The position numbers and the translations under genes were made by a program. The notes beneath the pieces were generated by a model. That model was not told the origin of the DNA, searched no databases, and was given only the letters and a program-made list of their open reading frames with translations. This document shows positions 24,096 through 36,389 of a stretch of DNA of 64,000 nucleotides, piece after piece; within the stretch, counting starts at the first letter, position 1; each line of letters opens with the position of its first letter. Source of the DNA: Eledone cirrhosa (taxonomy: Eukaryota); the NCBI GenBank assembly GCA_964016885.1, contig OZ024743.1, positions 5,022,001 to 5,086,000 of the forward strand. The letters run 5' to 3'.

Positions 24096-27000
24096 ATGGC
24101 CATAAGAGTAGGAAGTTTAAATGTTCGTGGCCTGGGGTCGCCCTGGAAGCAAGGTCACTTGCTCAACGACCTCAGGTCACTAGGAATGGATGTAATTGCC
24201 ATCAGCGAGACCAGAATTTCCGACACACGCGCACTGGCGCCGATTTTCGACGATTATCAGATCTTTGCATCTGTTAGTCGGCCGGGAATGGGAGGTGGAG
24301 TGGCTGTGCTGTTTAGGAAATGTCTGGATCTCGAGGTAAGGTCAATCTTCCGGGATCCTGACGGAAAGTTGGTGGTCCTGGACGTGAGCAATAGCGAAGG
24401 TGGTGCCTTTAGACTGGTGGCCGTCTACGCCCCTACTGGGGCCGGTCGGCCGGACTTCTTTAGGCGCCTGGAAAACTTTCTGCTTACGTCTCGCCCTTTA
24501 CTGTTAATAGGGGATTGGAATGGCATCTTAGAAGCACGCTGGGATTGTGTGGGAGTATCTGATAGGAGCGGGGGGTGCAAAAGCCTCAAGTACCTGATCA
24601 GCCAGTTTCAACTGTCTGACAGGTACCGACTAGATTTCCCTAATGCGCCAGTATGGACCTGGACCAATCGCATAGGGTCATCTAGATCGTACATAGATAG
24701 GATTTTCATTAGGAAAAGAGATAGAAATAGTGTAGGATGTCCACATTTTAAAACGGTTGCCTATTCAGATCACAAGCTTGTGATCTGTATGGTCGACCTA
24801 GATAAGACACGTAGGTTAGGACCTAGCTACTGGAAGCTAAACATGTCGTTTCCGGCACGTAAAGCTTACAGGGACCGGGTCAACAACTTAGTTAAGCAAA
24901 AGTTGACAGGGGGGGTTGTCAACAACAGGTGGTGGGGGGCACTCAAAAGAGAGATTAGAGCAACCTCGATAGGATTTAGCAAAGAAGTAGCAATAGAGAA
25001 AAATAGAAAGGAGGAGGGGCTGATAGCTAAGTTAGACGAGGCTATTTGTAGTGGCATTGCAACAGACGTGCTAGCGGCGAGAATGGCACTAGACCATTTC
25101 TTCAATGCGAAACACGAAGGTTGCATTGTCAGAGCTAAGGCGCGTGCTCTGAGGAACGAGGGAACCAAAGCTGCCCGATGGGCTCGCTTTGCAGAGACGC
25201 AGCGTGGAAATAAAACCACAATTCGGTCTTTGACGGATCGAGATGGACACGAACTGAGCGATTCCAAGCGGATGTGTGAGGCCTTTCGCCAGCACTTTGC
25301 TCGATTGTTCGGGAGGATGGGTGAGTCGGAGACGGCGGCGGACTTCAGTCCCTACCTCGACGGCTTGCCACGCCTCTCGACGGCCGACGCTGAGCGCTGC
25401 GAAGAGCCGATAACATCAGCCGAAATTCAGGACGCCCTTGTCGGCTGCTCGAGTCGCAAGTCACCCGGTTTGGATGGTCTGCCCTACGAGCTTTACGTAA
25501 ATATGCCAGACTTGTTCTCCGATCTCCTCGAAGCGCTCTACTGCAACTGGCAGCAGAACGGGAGCATTCCCAGTTCTGTGAGCCGTGGCGTAGTGACGCT
25601 GATAAGGAAAGACGAGAACAAGAGGGACACACTAGATAATTTCAGGCCCATAACCCTGCTCAACACAGAGTTTAAGATTTTGGCCAAGGTGTTAGCGAAA
25701 AGGTTGGCGCTTGTCGTCAAAGATTTGGTTGGGGAGGCGCAAACTTGCGCAATCCCGACCAGGTCCATACACGACAACCTCCACCTCATGCGATACATCA
25801 TAGAGAGGGTTGGGTGCAAACCTGGCTTCGGTGGGGCTCTGATCAATTTAGATCAATCGAAAGCATTCGATAGGGTCGACCATCGGTACTTGGAGGCTGT
25901 CCTCGAGGCGGCTGGCTTCGGCCCCGTCTTCAGAAGCTGGATCGCTGCAATGTACAGCGGCATCCGCTCGGTGGTCAAAGTTAATGGCCACCTCTCGGAA
26001 CCGTTTCAGATCTCTCGATCGGTCCGTCAAGGGTGCCCTCTCTCCTCACTTCTGTACGTATTGACTCTTGAGCCTCTACTGCGGAAGCTGGAGTTGTTGC
26101 AGGGCATCCCGCTCGAACCGGGACGTAGAAAGGCTGCGTCCGCTTATGCGGACGACATCACCGTGATGGTGTCGGACACCTCGGAAATCGAGGTGATCCG
26201 CACCCATTTGGAGGAATATGAAAGGTTGACGGGAGCAAAACTTAACCCGGAAAAGTCGGTGGGCTTGCAGCTCGGCACCTGGAGAGGCAAGTCCATGCCG
26301 TCCAACAGCGTCGTTGGGCGCTGGACAGACGGACCGGTAAAGTTGCTCGGGGTTTGGTTCGGACCAGACCTCCAGGTGGATAAGAATTGGGACGAGGTGA
26401 CGAGCAGGATAGCCAACCTCACCCAGAAATGGGCTGAGAGAAAGCTATCACTGAAAGGGCGGGCGGAGGTGGCGAACGCGTACATCGCGTCCGTCATCTA
26501 CTACCGCCTGACCGTCGTGCCTTGCCCCCGTCCACGCCTCGCCAATTTGGAACGGCTCCTTTTCAAATTTTTGTGGAGGGGACGGGTCCCGTTGGTGAGG
26601 CGGTCCATCTGCTGCCAGCACCCTCTTCGTGGAGGGCTGGGCATGCCGTGGCTAATGATGCGCAGACATGCGCTGAGGCTGCGACATCTCCAGATATTTT
26701 GCCTAAACGGTGAACAGGTGTGGTCGCCGTTTGTTAGACGGGCCTTTCCGCAGCTCATCTCTTTGACTGAGCTGCAGTCCTGGGTCAAGAAGAGACCGAG
26801 ACTGGGCGACTGGCATCTGGAATGTTGCCAGGCGCTCACTGCACTCTGCAAGGTGGGCAATGCGGTCAGTGGAACTTCCACTCAAGATTTCTATAGAGGA
26901 TTAGTGGAGGGCAAGTGCGATGACGTACTAGGAGAGGCTCTGGGCGTCAACGAAGTAGAACTGACCAGTATGTTCCGGAGGACTTTCGAGCCGGGGACGA

Positions 27001-27515
27001 TGGATAACTTCCAGAAATCCCTCGCTTGGCAGTGCTACCGGGGGGCGCTGCCGGTTCGAGATAAACTCTACAGGCACGGAAGTGCTGTCAGACGAACCTG
27101 CCCGAGATGCGCGCAGAGCGACGAAACCGTTCTGCACGCACTCGTCCAGTGTCCGTGCATTGCTGACTTGTGGGGTTATGTCGAACAGCTATTGTCGCGT
27201 GTAGAACGGATCCGGCTATCGTCCGAGTCCATAGTGAAGATTGACCCGCCGCCTTCTTTTGGTCAGGAAGGGCAGGCAATTTTCCTCTGCCTGGTGGCAG
27301 TAGCGAAAGAGGTTGCATGGTGGACCAGGTTGAAAGGACTGAAGACAGACACTTTTCTCTTCGGCCAATCCCTCATCAACTTCTTCAAGTTTCACTTGGA
27401 AAGGAAGGTGAGGGTGGAGAGAGAAGTGCTGCCCCCCAGTACATTTACTGAAAGGTGGGTGAATGTGGCGAGAATGGCCCGCGTGAGTGGGCCTACTCTG
27501 ATCATGCGCCTGTAG
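24096..27515 (+). CDS. LINE ORF2 protein (1139 aa): APE endonuclease, reverse transcriptase, C-terminal zinc motif
   Basis: SLNVRGL, SET, GDWN, IDRIF, SDH (APE); YWKLN (L1/Tx1); QGCPLS, YADD (RT); CPRC..H...C. Confidence 0.96.
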   Translation: MAIRVGSLNVRGLGSPWKQGHLLNDLRSLGMDVIAISETRISDTRALAPIFDDYQIFASVSRPGMGGGVAVLFRKCLDLEVRSIFRDPDGKLVVLDVSNSEGGAFRLVAVYAPTGAGRPDFFRRLENFLLTSRPLLLIGDWNGILEARWDCVGVSDRSGGCKSLKYLISQFQLSDRYRLDFPNAPVWTWTNRIGSSRSYIDRIFIRKRDRNSVGCPHFKTVAYSDHKLVICMVDLDKTRRLGPSYWKLNMSFPARKAYRDRVNNLVKQKLTGGVVNNRWWGALKREIRATSIGFSKEVAIEKNRKEEGLIAKLDEAICSGIATDVLAARMALDHFFNAKHEGCIVRAKARALRNEGTKAARWARFAETQRGNKTTIRSLTDRDGHELSDSKRMCEAFRQHFARLFGRMGESETAADFSPYLDGLPRLSTADAERCEEPITSAEIQDALVGCSSRKSPGLDGLPYELYVNMPDLFSDLLEALYCNWQQNGSIPSSVSRGVVTLIRKDENKRDTLDNFRPITLLNTEFKILAKVLAKRLALVVKDLVGEAQTCAIPTRSIHDNLHLMRYIIERVGCKPGFGGALINLDQSKAFDRVDHRYLEAVLEAAGFGPVFRSWIAAMYSGIRSVVKVNGHLSEPFQISRSVRQGCPLSSLLYVLTLEPLLRKLELLQGIPLEPGRRKAASAYADDITVMVSDTSEIEVIRTHLEEYERLTGAKLNPEKSVGLQLGTWRGKSMPSNSVVGRWTDGPVKLLGVWFGPDLQVDKNWDEVTSRIANLTQKWAERKLSLKGRAEVANAYIASVIYYRLTVVPCPRPRLANLERLLFKFLWRGRVPLVRRSICCQHPLRGGLGMPWLMMRRHALRLRHLQIFCLNGEQVWSPFVRRAFPQLISLTELQSWVKKRPRLGDWHLECCQALTALCKVGNAVSGTSTQDFYRGLVEGKCDDVLGEALGVNEVELTSMFRRTFEPGTMDNFQKSLAWQCYRGALPVRDKLYRHGSAVRRTCPRCAQSDETVLHALVQCPCIADLWGYVEQLLSRVERIRLSSESIVKIDPPPSFGQEGQAIFLCLVAVAKEVAWWTRLKGLKTDTFLFGQSLINFFKFHLERKVRVEREVLPPSTFTERWVNVARMARVSGPTLIMRL

Positions 27516-27963
27516 GCTGGTGAATTCGAGAAGGAGAGGGGTGCCCTTCCCGGGTGCCCTAGGAGCGTCGGGTGGCTCAGGACTGGTGGGGTGCTTGAGT
27601 CAACCCTGGGTGGTGATCCCTCTTATTGGGGAACTTTCATTGTTGTATTTTTATTGTTATTTTGTTTTTGTTTTTTTTGTTATTTATACTTACTCGATCT
27701 CTATGTAAACCCCCACTGTCCCTGTCTATTGTGTTGTCCCCTATATGTCGGCCCTTGTGGCCAATAAATGAAATCATTATTATTATTATTATATATATAT
27801 ACAGTATATACACACACACACACATATATATATATCTATATACATACTCACACACACACACACGCTCGCGCGCGCGCGCATACACTTACAGCAAGGCACG
27901 CGTGGAGATATCTACATATATTTATATTCAGGCCCAGAAATATATGGAGCATCTGGCTAGCTG

Positions 27964-28738
<775 letters not shown>

Positions 28739-29271
28739 AGTAGACCTCTGTGATTAAAAACTGCCATAAGGTTTGCATTCGCCTCTTCCCTTGGCTTAGT
28801 CTTGTAAATAGTAGGGCTGGTGCCACTTTAAACATTGGCCCCATTACTGCTTACAGATGTACAAGGGTACTCGATGGCACGTGCCCAGCCGACGTCCAAC
28901 ATTCAGCTAATGGTGCTAGAACGACGTTTGTTCAGAGACAGCAGGCGAAAATGATTTTACGTCCACTTTTTTCAGAGTGCTGGAGATTAACTAGATATCC
29001 TGACCTCCATCGAAATCTATCGTGACTCACTATCGATTGATGATAATTTTACCTTATTTGGTCAAGATAACAAAAGACTAAATTCTCCCCCACTATCATC
29101 ATCATCATCACAACCATCACCAATACCTACACCAACACTACCACTTTTATTTATCTCGCATTTCCTAATAGATAGAACCATTAAGTGCAGATTCGGCAAT
29201 ATAATAAGCAATACGTTATGCTGTATTCATATTACCGTCAAAGACGATATACAATAAAACACGAATAAAAA

Positions 29272-29920
29272 TAATAATGGTTTCTGATTTAGGCACAAGG
29301 CCAACAATATTTTAGAAGGGGAACGTTGATTAAATCGACTCCAGTGTATTACTGGTACTTTATTTTATCGACACCGTACGGATGAAAGGCAAAGCTAACC
29401 TCAGCTGGATTTGAACCTAGGACTTTTAAAGTTGTAATTAAATACGAGCCAAGCATTCTGTCCGAGACATTACCGATACTGTTAATCCCCCCTCCTTTAA
29501 GGATTTCTAATTTAAACACAAGGCCAACAATTTATGGAAAGACGAAAGTCGTTTATATTGACTCAAGTACTTGATTGGTACTTTATTTTATCGAACTCGG
29601 AAGGCAATGTTAACCTCGGCTGTTTTCAACTGAAAACATGGTGGCATAACTAAACGCCGAAAAGCATTTTATCCGACGCTCTAACGATTCTGCCAATCCA
29701 CCGCTATAAATATATTTTTCTCATTGGCGCAAAACCAGAAATTTTGGGTATGGGTGTATTTGATTATATTTATCCCCAATATTTAACTGGTACTATATTT
29801 TATCGACACCGAGAAGATAAAAAAAAAGAACAGGTTTACTTGGCTAGAATTGAAATCAAAACATAAAGGGAGCTACCTACTTATTGTAAAGTATTTTGTT
29901 ATTCGCTCTAAGGATTCTAC
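29272..29920 (-). mobile_element. Cluster of three diverged SINE copies, same orientation
   Basis: Repeated GGCACAAGGCC..CTGGTACTTTATTTTATCGAC..GAAAGGCAAAG blocks. Confidence 0.75.
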
Positions 29921-29959
29921 CATCTATAATTCGATCATAAGCTTAAAAACGGAGGCGAC

Positions 29960-30800
29960 AGAGTACTTTGTAGTCTCTCTAGGGTATGAAGATATAATAG
30001 ATCCGGCATGGACCAAAAGAAAGGGCCTAGGAAGTTTCCAATTCAGACCATACTACACCAGGAATCAGAAGATAAAGAAGAAGGAAGTGAAAAATCACTA
30101 TGCAACCTCGGTGCGATGTGGCCAACAGAGACAGTGTGTGTATTGGGAGGAGTTTATGGTTGAGCAGAAGATCGGATGGAAGAAACTTTAGTCATGTGAG
30201 CAATGACATACGTCCTAGCCCCATAAACCTAAAACATTGGAAAGTAGAAGAGAGATGCAAATGTGGGAAGGCTGGAACGATGAGACACCTACTGTCTAGT
30301 TGCCCACTAGGCCTGAAGAACAGATACACATAATGGTATAACTAGGTGCTTAAAGTACAGGCTGGTGCAAGGGAAGAGAGGGTGAAGAGGATGAACCACG
30401 GTGAGAGAGGTCGCAAGTTGTAGCAAAGGGCAGGATGAAGATTTGTAAAGAAGAACACTGCAAGCTACCCCCTGTGAGAAAGAAGACTGACCCAAAATGG
30501 AAGGGGATTTGAAATGTCTTAGTTGACGGCAAATAACACTTCTCTCTTTGTTATCAAGAAGAGATATAGCAACTTCTTGGGGTGCAATGTAGTAAAAATA
30601 TGACCAGGGTTTAACTCAGAAGCCTTGGATTGGCGGCAAAAGAAAGGAAACGCCTTTCAAGGTTATTATCGAAGGTAGCTGACAAGTGAGTCACTACATC
30701 TGGTTCAAAAGAGAAGATGAATGGCACCTAACAGATTAAGATGGATGGAGACGTCTCGCTAAGAGTCACAATATCAAACTCAAAGATTGTGCTGTTGTCC
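29960..30800 (+). mobile_element. Degenerate RLE-type non-LTR retrotransposon 3' part (Hero/NeSL-like)
   Basis: QQRQCVYWE..KIGWKKL and DIRPSPINLKHW..CKCGKAGTMRHLLSSCPLGLKNRYT resemble the zinc-knuckle region of such ORFs; many stops. Confidence 0.6.
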
Positions 30801-31129
30801 AGGGGTTTTGTCGCCTACATCGGTGGATGACTCCGAGTAGTTTTGGTGTCGCAGTGGAAAGGTGGAGATTTATCTACTTGTCAACCGTAACGGAGCACAC
30901 CTCTGATCAATGAAGTTTCAGACTTCATACATAGTGCATCAAGCATCGCACTATGTATTCCTTTTTGAAAGCTGTAGGGTCTGATTTAAGGGAGATGAAG
31001 GTGCCATTACTAGCAGTTTGAGATGAGGGATTATGTAGAGTCTCTTTTGATGACGCTGAAATCATGCTGCTGCTATTGATCTTGATGTTAATGATCACAG
31101 TGTTGGAACTGATGATGACATCTTAGTTA

Positions 31130-31460
31130 AAAAGTAAGCTTGGCAGCCACGAGATTCCGAATTCGATCACACTGCGCGGCAACTTTCACAAGTGTCTTTA
31201 CCACAGTCTCAGATCGACCCAACCTTTGTATATTAGATTGGGTAGACGGAATCTGTGTGGAAGAAGTCCTCCAAATGGATTGTATATATAATTCAAAAAG
31301 CTAACCTTGCCTCATAGTGTATCACGCTGAATCTCCCTGAGAATTATTTTAATGGTATACGAATCTGTAGAATACTCAGTCACTTACATGTTAATTTAAC
31401 GACAAGGCTGGTCCGTTGATCGAACAACTGGAGCACTTGTTGTCGAAACTAAAAGAGGTC
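31130..31460 (+). mobile_element. Second SINE-like family (other copies 39335-39508 +, 45590-45760 -)
   Basis: tRNA-like head remnant; shared GCTGAATCTCCCTGAGAAT..CTCAGTCACTT.CA.GTTAATT..GTTGATC..ACAACTGGA block in three places. Confidence 0.6.
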
Positions 31461-31979
31461 AATTTACTCGTATAATACATGGTCCCGTGACTCCCGTGGG
31501 AGTGGTACGGCCGTTGTATGTCAATACGGCGTTTCTATGGCGTTTTTAAACCTGGCGAAATCCATCTCCTCTCCAGGTCTGAATACAGAAGATTTCTTCC
31601 AGAGAAAGATAAAGAGAGAGAAAGAATGGAAATGAGAAAGAGATATAGAAGAATTGAGCTGAGTATAATATTGGTAGGTGTTTTATCAATCTGGAATGGA
31701 TGAAAGGCAAAGTTGACCTCGGTGGGATTTGAGAGTCGAAATGAATACCGCAATTTATTCTATCCGACTTTATAATGACTCTGCCAATTCGCCGCCTTTT
31801 ATTCGTATAAAGTAGGCGATAAGATGCAGGCGAATCAAATGTATGATCCAGGTTCGATTCCTATTCGTTACAATTCACTTATCTCTTTAATATGTTGTAA
31901 GTAAAGACATCGTAGTCACAACTTCATGAACAACTCACAACCTCCTCCGTCGTAATCTAAAATATATGATAGAAGACGA

Positions 31980-32017
31980 TGATGATGGCGGAGATGATGA
32001 TCATGATGATGATGTTT

Positions 32018-32049
<32 letters not shown>

Positions 32050-32130
32050 GATGAGGATGAGGATGGTAGAGTTGGTGTTAGTGGTAAGGTTGGAGTGGAG
32101 GTGATGGTAGTGATGAAGATGGAGGATGTA
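31980..32130. repeat. (GAT)n/(GGT)n degenerate microsatellite
   Basis: Seen directly. Confidence 0.9.
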
Positions 32131-33401
32131 TGTTTTTGTTAGATGATGTTGTTTACCCGTATGCCAACTCTGATTGAGCAAGCATATGATCAAAAACATT
32201 ACATCCATGACCATCCTGTCGGTGTTTTCTTTCTTTTTATTTTAAGATTGTCGGGTATGGTTGAAGGAATATTCTGTTGCTTTTTCTAGCAGGTGGAGCG
32301 ACCACATAGAGCCTTCCTTGTTACCTTGGTGTGTAGGGGTGGGGGTTAGTGGCAGGGAATGGAGGATTACAATGGTGGGGAGGATGGTTTTGATGGAGAT
32401 GGTTAAGATGGTGCAGAGGTCGAATTGTCAAAAAAGGTTGAGTAGAAATGTGTGAGAGAGATTACGGTAACAGTTTCCCACAGTTGTTAAAAAGAAAAAG
32501 AACAATGAAGCAAAAAAATCAACAAAAACATTCAAAAAAACACAAACAACAAGGTTGGATGAGGGTGTGACACACGCACATATACACACACATGAATATA
32601 ATAGACACATACACACCGGCTGCGACTGACGGAGCGAAGATCTAAACAAATTAGGCAACATTCTCTCTGTTAGCGCCTGCCCACCTCAAGCAGCTTGTTG
32701 CCAATAGTGTAACAGATATTGTCTCAAAACGTAAACTGAATAATACAAAGACCAGTTTAGAGGAAGTAGTGGGAGGAGGAAGTAATAAGCAAAAGAGAGA
32801 GAGAGGGAGGCGTTATTGTGAGTGTCTATGAATGTATGAACAGGAGGAGGAGGAGGAGGCTGTGAGTGAGAGAGAGGGTGAGATCGTAAAATTGTGTGTA
32901 CGCGCGTGTCTTTATCTGAGTGTGTACGTGTGTATGTGTGACTATACGCTTGTATGAATAGAGGAGAAGGAGAGAGTACCGCTCGCGCGCAGGCACGAGT
33001 GTGTTTAAAGTTTAAAGGGGAGGTGGGAGAAGAGAGAGTGTGTGTGTGTGTGTAAAGTGTAACTCATTGAGCGCGTGCTTGTGTGTGTTGGTGTAATGAG
33101 AGAGTGATAGAGTGTGTGCATATGTGTGTGTGTGTGTGTCTGTGTGTGTATATGTGTGTGTGTGTCTGTGTGAAGGTTGTGTTGTCGCCAGAGGAACAAC
33201 AAGTTCACCCCCCCCCCAATCACCACCACCACCACCACCACCACTTTCATTAACATCTCTAATATCACCGCCGACATTCACACGAGAAAAAAAAAAATGC
33301 CCGTGGCATCCATCGAGTCAGCGATCCAGTTTCGATTCCCACTTGAAGTTAATCTTCTTCTTCTGCTGTTATTACTACTACTACTACTACTGCTGCTGCT
33401 G

Positions 33402-33443
<42 letters not shown>

Positions 33444-33535
33444 ATTTCGTTTCTTTTGACGACCGACTTCATCTACGTCGTCTAATTCATTGGAAATATT
33501 CATGAAACTAGATGTAATTTCAATATTATTGTACA

Positions 33536-33762
33536 GGGCGGTGGATTAGCAGTATCGGTAGAGCATCGGACAACATGTTCACGACATAGAGTTACGGCTC
33601 TTTACGTTTTGAGTTCAAATCCCGCCGAGGTTATCTTTGTATTTCATCCTTACGGAGTCGATGAAATAAAGCACCGGTTTATGCACTTGGGAGTCGATTT
33701 AATTAATTTTCCTCTCCCCTAAAATTGTTGGCCTGGTGCCTAAATCAGAAACCAATATTGTA
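33536..33762 (+). mobile_element. tRNA-derived SINE, full length
   Basis: A/B boxes, core, tail; TSD TATTGTACA. Confidence 0.88.
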
Positions 33763-34470
33763 CAACTATTACACCCTTACATTCTCTCTCCGTCTCTCCC
33801 CCCCCCCCCCCCCTCTTTATTTCTCAATCTCTCAGACTTTCATGCAATAACTAGCTATATATTTATATATCAAGCTCTCTGTCTGAATTGACAATCGATA
33901 TAGCTAAATATACAACTTTTCATTGGTACTGTTCTACGTAGGTAGGAATGTATATAGAAACATATACATACAGAGAGATAGACAAACAGACAGACAGATA
34001 TCCTCGTTTGTCCATCGTTGATATCATTCAGGATACGACAGAGAATGACTAAAAAGGATATATTTTTTCTGCCAACACGCCCAAGGTTCTAGGTTATCAG
34101 GGCCCACTTCCCTTAGGCTGTCTGCTCTTGACATATACACACTCAGAGCCAATGTTCGTCCAATAAATCCATTCTGTAAGCGATGCAATAAAATATGTAA
34201 GGTGTTTCTAAAGAATATCATGTTTAAATTCCGAAAATACGACGTTGTTTCTTTCTTGGGGAAAATGGCAATAATTTAACTTTATATACATTTAAGTAGT
34301 TTGGTAAAGTTGTTAGAATGTCGGATAGAATGCTTTACGGTTGTCGTTCGGACACTCTGCTCTCTAAGTTCACCTCTCACCGAGGTCAACTTTGCTTTTC
34401 ATCCTTTCAAGATCTATAAAAAAAAAAGTAATAGACAAGTACTGGGGCCGATTATATATATATATATATA

Positions 34471-34533
<63 letters not shown>

Positions 34534-35504
34534 TCTACCTCTATGCTATACACTTGTATGGATAGATAGATATATAGACGAAAATATGTCGTCGTGATAC
34601 GAATGTTTTCTGGGGCACACTAAAAAACCAAATCTGACACACACTATACCAAAACACTGAATAAACACATGCAATCAGTTGCTTCGTGCTCTTCCACAAG
34701 TAAACATCTCGTTAAATACCATAAAGGTGTGTCAGCATGTTTGAATCGTTAAATCCTGATTGAGTCGTAGAGGGACATAGAGATTTACGGCGTGTCTTGA
34801 GCATTTAAACCTGGCATAGCCCATGACTCTCCAGAGAAAAAGAGATGGCAGGGAGAGAGAAAATGTGAGAAAGTGATATTGAGGAAAATCGATTCAAGTA
34901 ATGAGTCGGTACTTTATTTATCGACCTCGAAAGGATATGAGGAAAAGTTGTCCTCAACGGAATTTAAACTCAGAGCGCAGTGAGTCGGAACGAACACCAG
35001 GAAGCATTCTATCTGACGATCTATGTATACAAATGTATATGAGTGTATGGATGCATATAGGTGTGTGTGTGTGTGTGTGTATATAATGATGGTGAGGATA
35101 ATGGTTTCTTATATAGGCACAAGGCCAGTAATTTGGAGGAGGGGAAAGTCGATTAAATCGACCCACGTTATTTCATTGACTCCGTAAGGATGAAAAGCAA
35201 AGCTAACCTCAGTGGGGTTCGAATTTTATTTTTGGCCACGAGGGTAGAGCGTTTACAAAAGGAACACTATAAGGTTGGCACAAGGCGTTGCATGTAAAAA
35301 TTAGAAATAATAAAAACAAAAACAAAAAGAAGTAACAAATGAATTAAAACAAAGAAAATTCCCCCCAAAAGAAAAAAAACTACAAAATCCTGACCATTTA
35401 GGCAAGTGCCTTCTCCCAATTACTCTCCTCCAATCTACAGGTGTATACTCAGAGTAGGTCCATTCATTCGGACCATGATCGCAACAAATTTGCTGGAATA
35501 CAGC

Positions 35505-35760
35505 CAGGGGCGGTGGAAGCATTTCTGAATTGGGGGGGGGGGGCAAATTTGGACAATTGTAGTGATTAATTTAGCTCTTTCCACTATAAAATGGTAATTA
35601 AAAAAACTTCGATATGCGATAAACATAACATGTAAATAAATTGTAGTGCATATCCAAATAGATGTAAGTTTTGGTAGTTTGGGGAGAAAAATATAATTAT
35701 TCGGTGGCGAGCATCCACCCTGTCTCTCCCACCACCACCCTTCCATTTCCACCGCCCCTG
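35505..35760. mobile_element. MITE with 14-bp TIR CAGGGGCGGTGGAA and 5-bp TSD (hAT5-like)
   Basis: Perfect TIRs; ACAGC on both sides; homologue at 49100-49573. Confidence 0.8.
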
Positions 35761-36128
35761 ACAGCACCTCCCACTTTCACTTGGTTTTCCTTACCATGTA
35801 GAACATGAAAATGTTGATGAGTGTTTGGCCAAGGACGAAAGTGTCTGTCTTCTAATAATCAATATTTATACAGAGTTCAGCGTATATTAAAAGATCTAAG
35901 ATAAATTTAATGTAAATATAACGCCTTTTAAAATAAAATTGCTTTGAAAATGATCAGGTGTTTGTCACTCCCACGGTGAAGAAAAACATACATATATGTA
36001 TATATACATATTACGAGTCAAAGTCCAACGGCTGAGCTCTTGCCGTGGATAACTCGGATTTTAAATTATAATACTTACACTCAACTTTCTTAAGTAGCGA
36101 GTATTAAGCTGGCAACTCCCAATCTATC

Positions 36129-36159
<31 letters not shown>

Positions 36160-36389
36160 TTATCAATATGTATATATACACTTCAAAGACAACAGAAGGC
36201 CACATTCTAAATATTCTTTTAATATTGCAAAAGTCACAAAACGTATTTCTATGGACTGCTTACATCATCAGATCAGAACGTAAGACTTTGGAGACGTCAT
36301 CAGGTGTAAATTGCAAAGATTAGTCAATCAGTTGCAGAATTACGGCGAACATAAACAGAGAATACACTAGATTCGGAGATGGCACGCCG

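Larger units (their letters stand above)
21944..27790 (+). mobile_element. Full-length, apparently intact L1/Tx1-clade non-LTR retrotransposon (~5.85 kb)
   Basis: 212-nt 5' UTR, ORF1, 29-nt spacer, ORF2, ~270-nt 3' UTR with AATAAA (27763) and (ATT)5 tail; identical 5' start in copy at 61670. Confidence 0.95.

Noticed and set aside
22146-27318. Antisense and alternate-frame ORFs within the LINEs
   Set aside because: Shadows of GC-richer coding sequence; their recurrence reflects copy identity only
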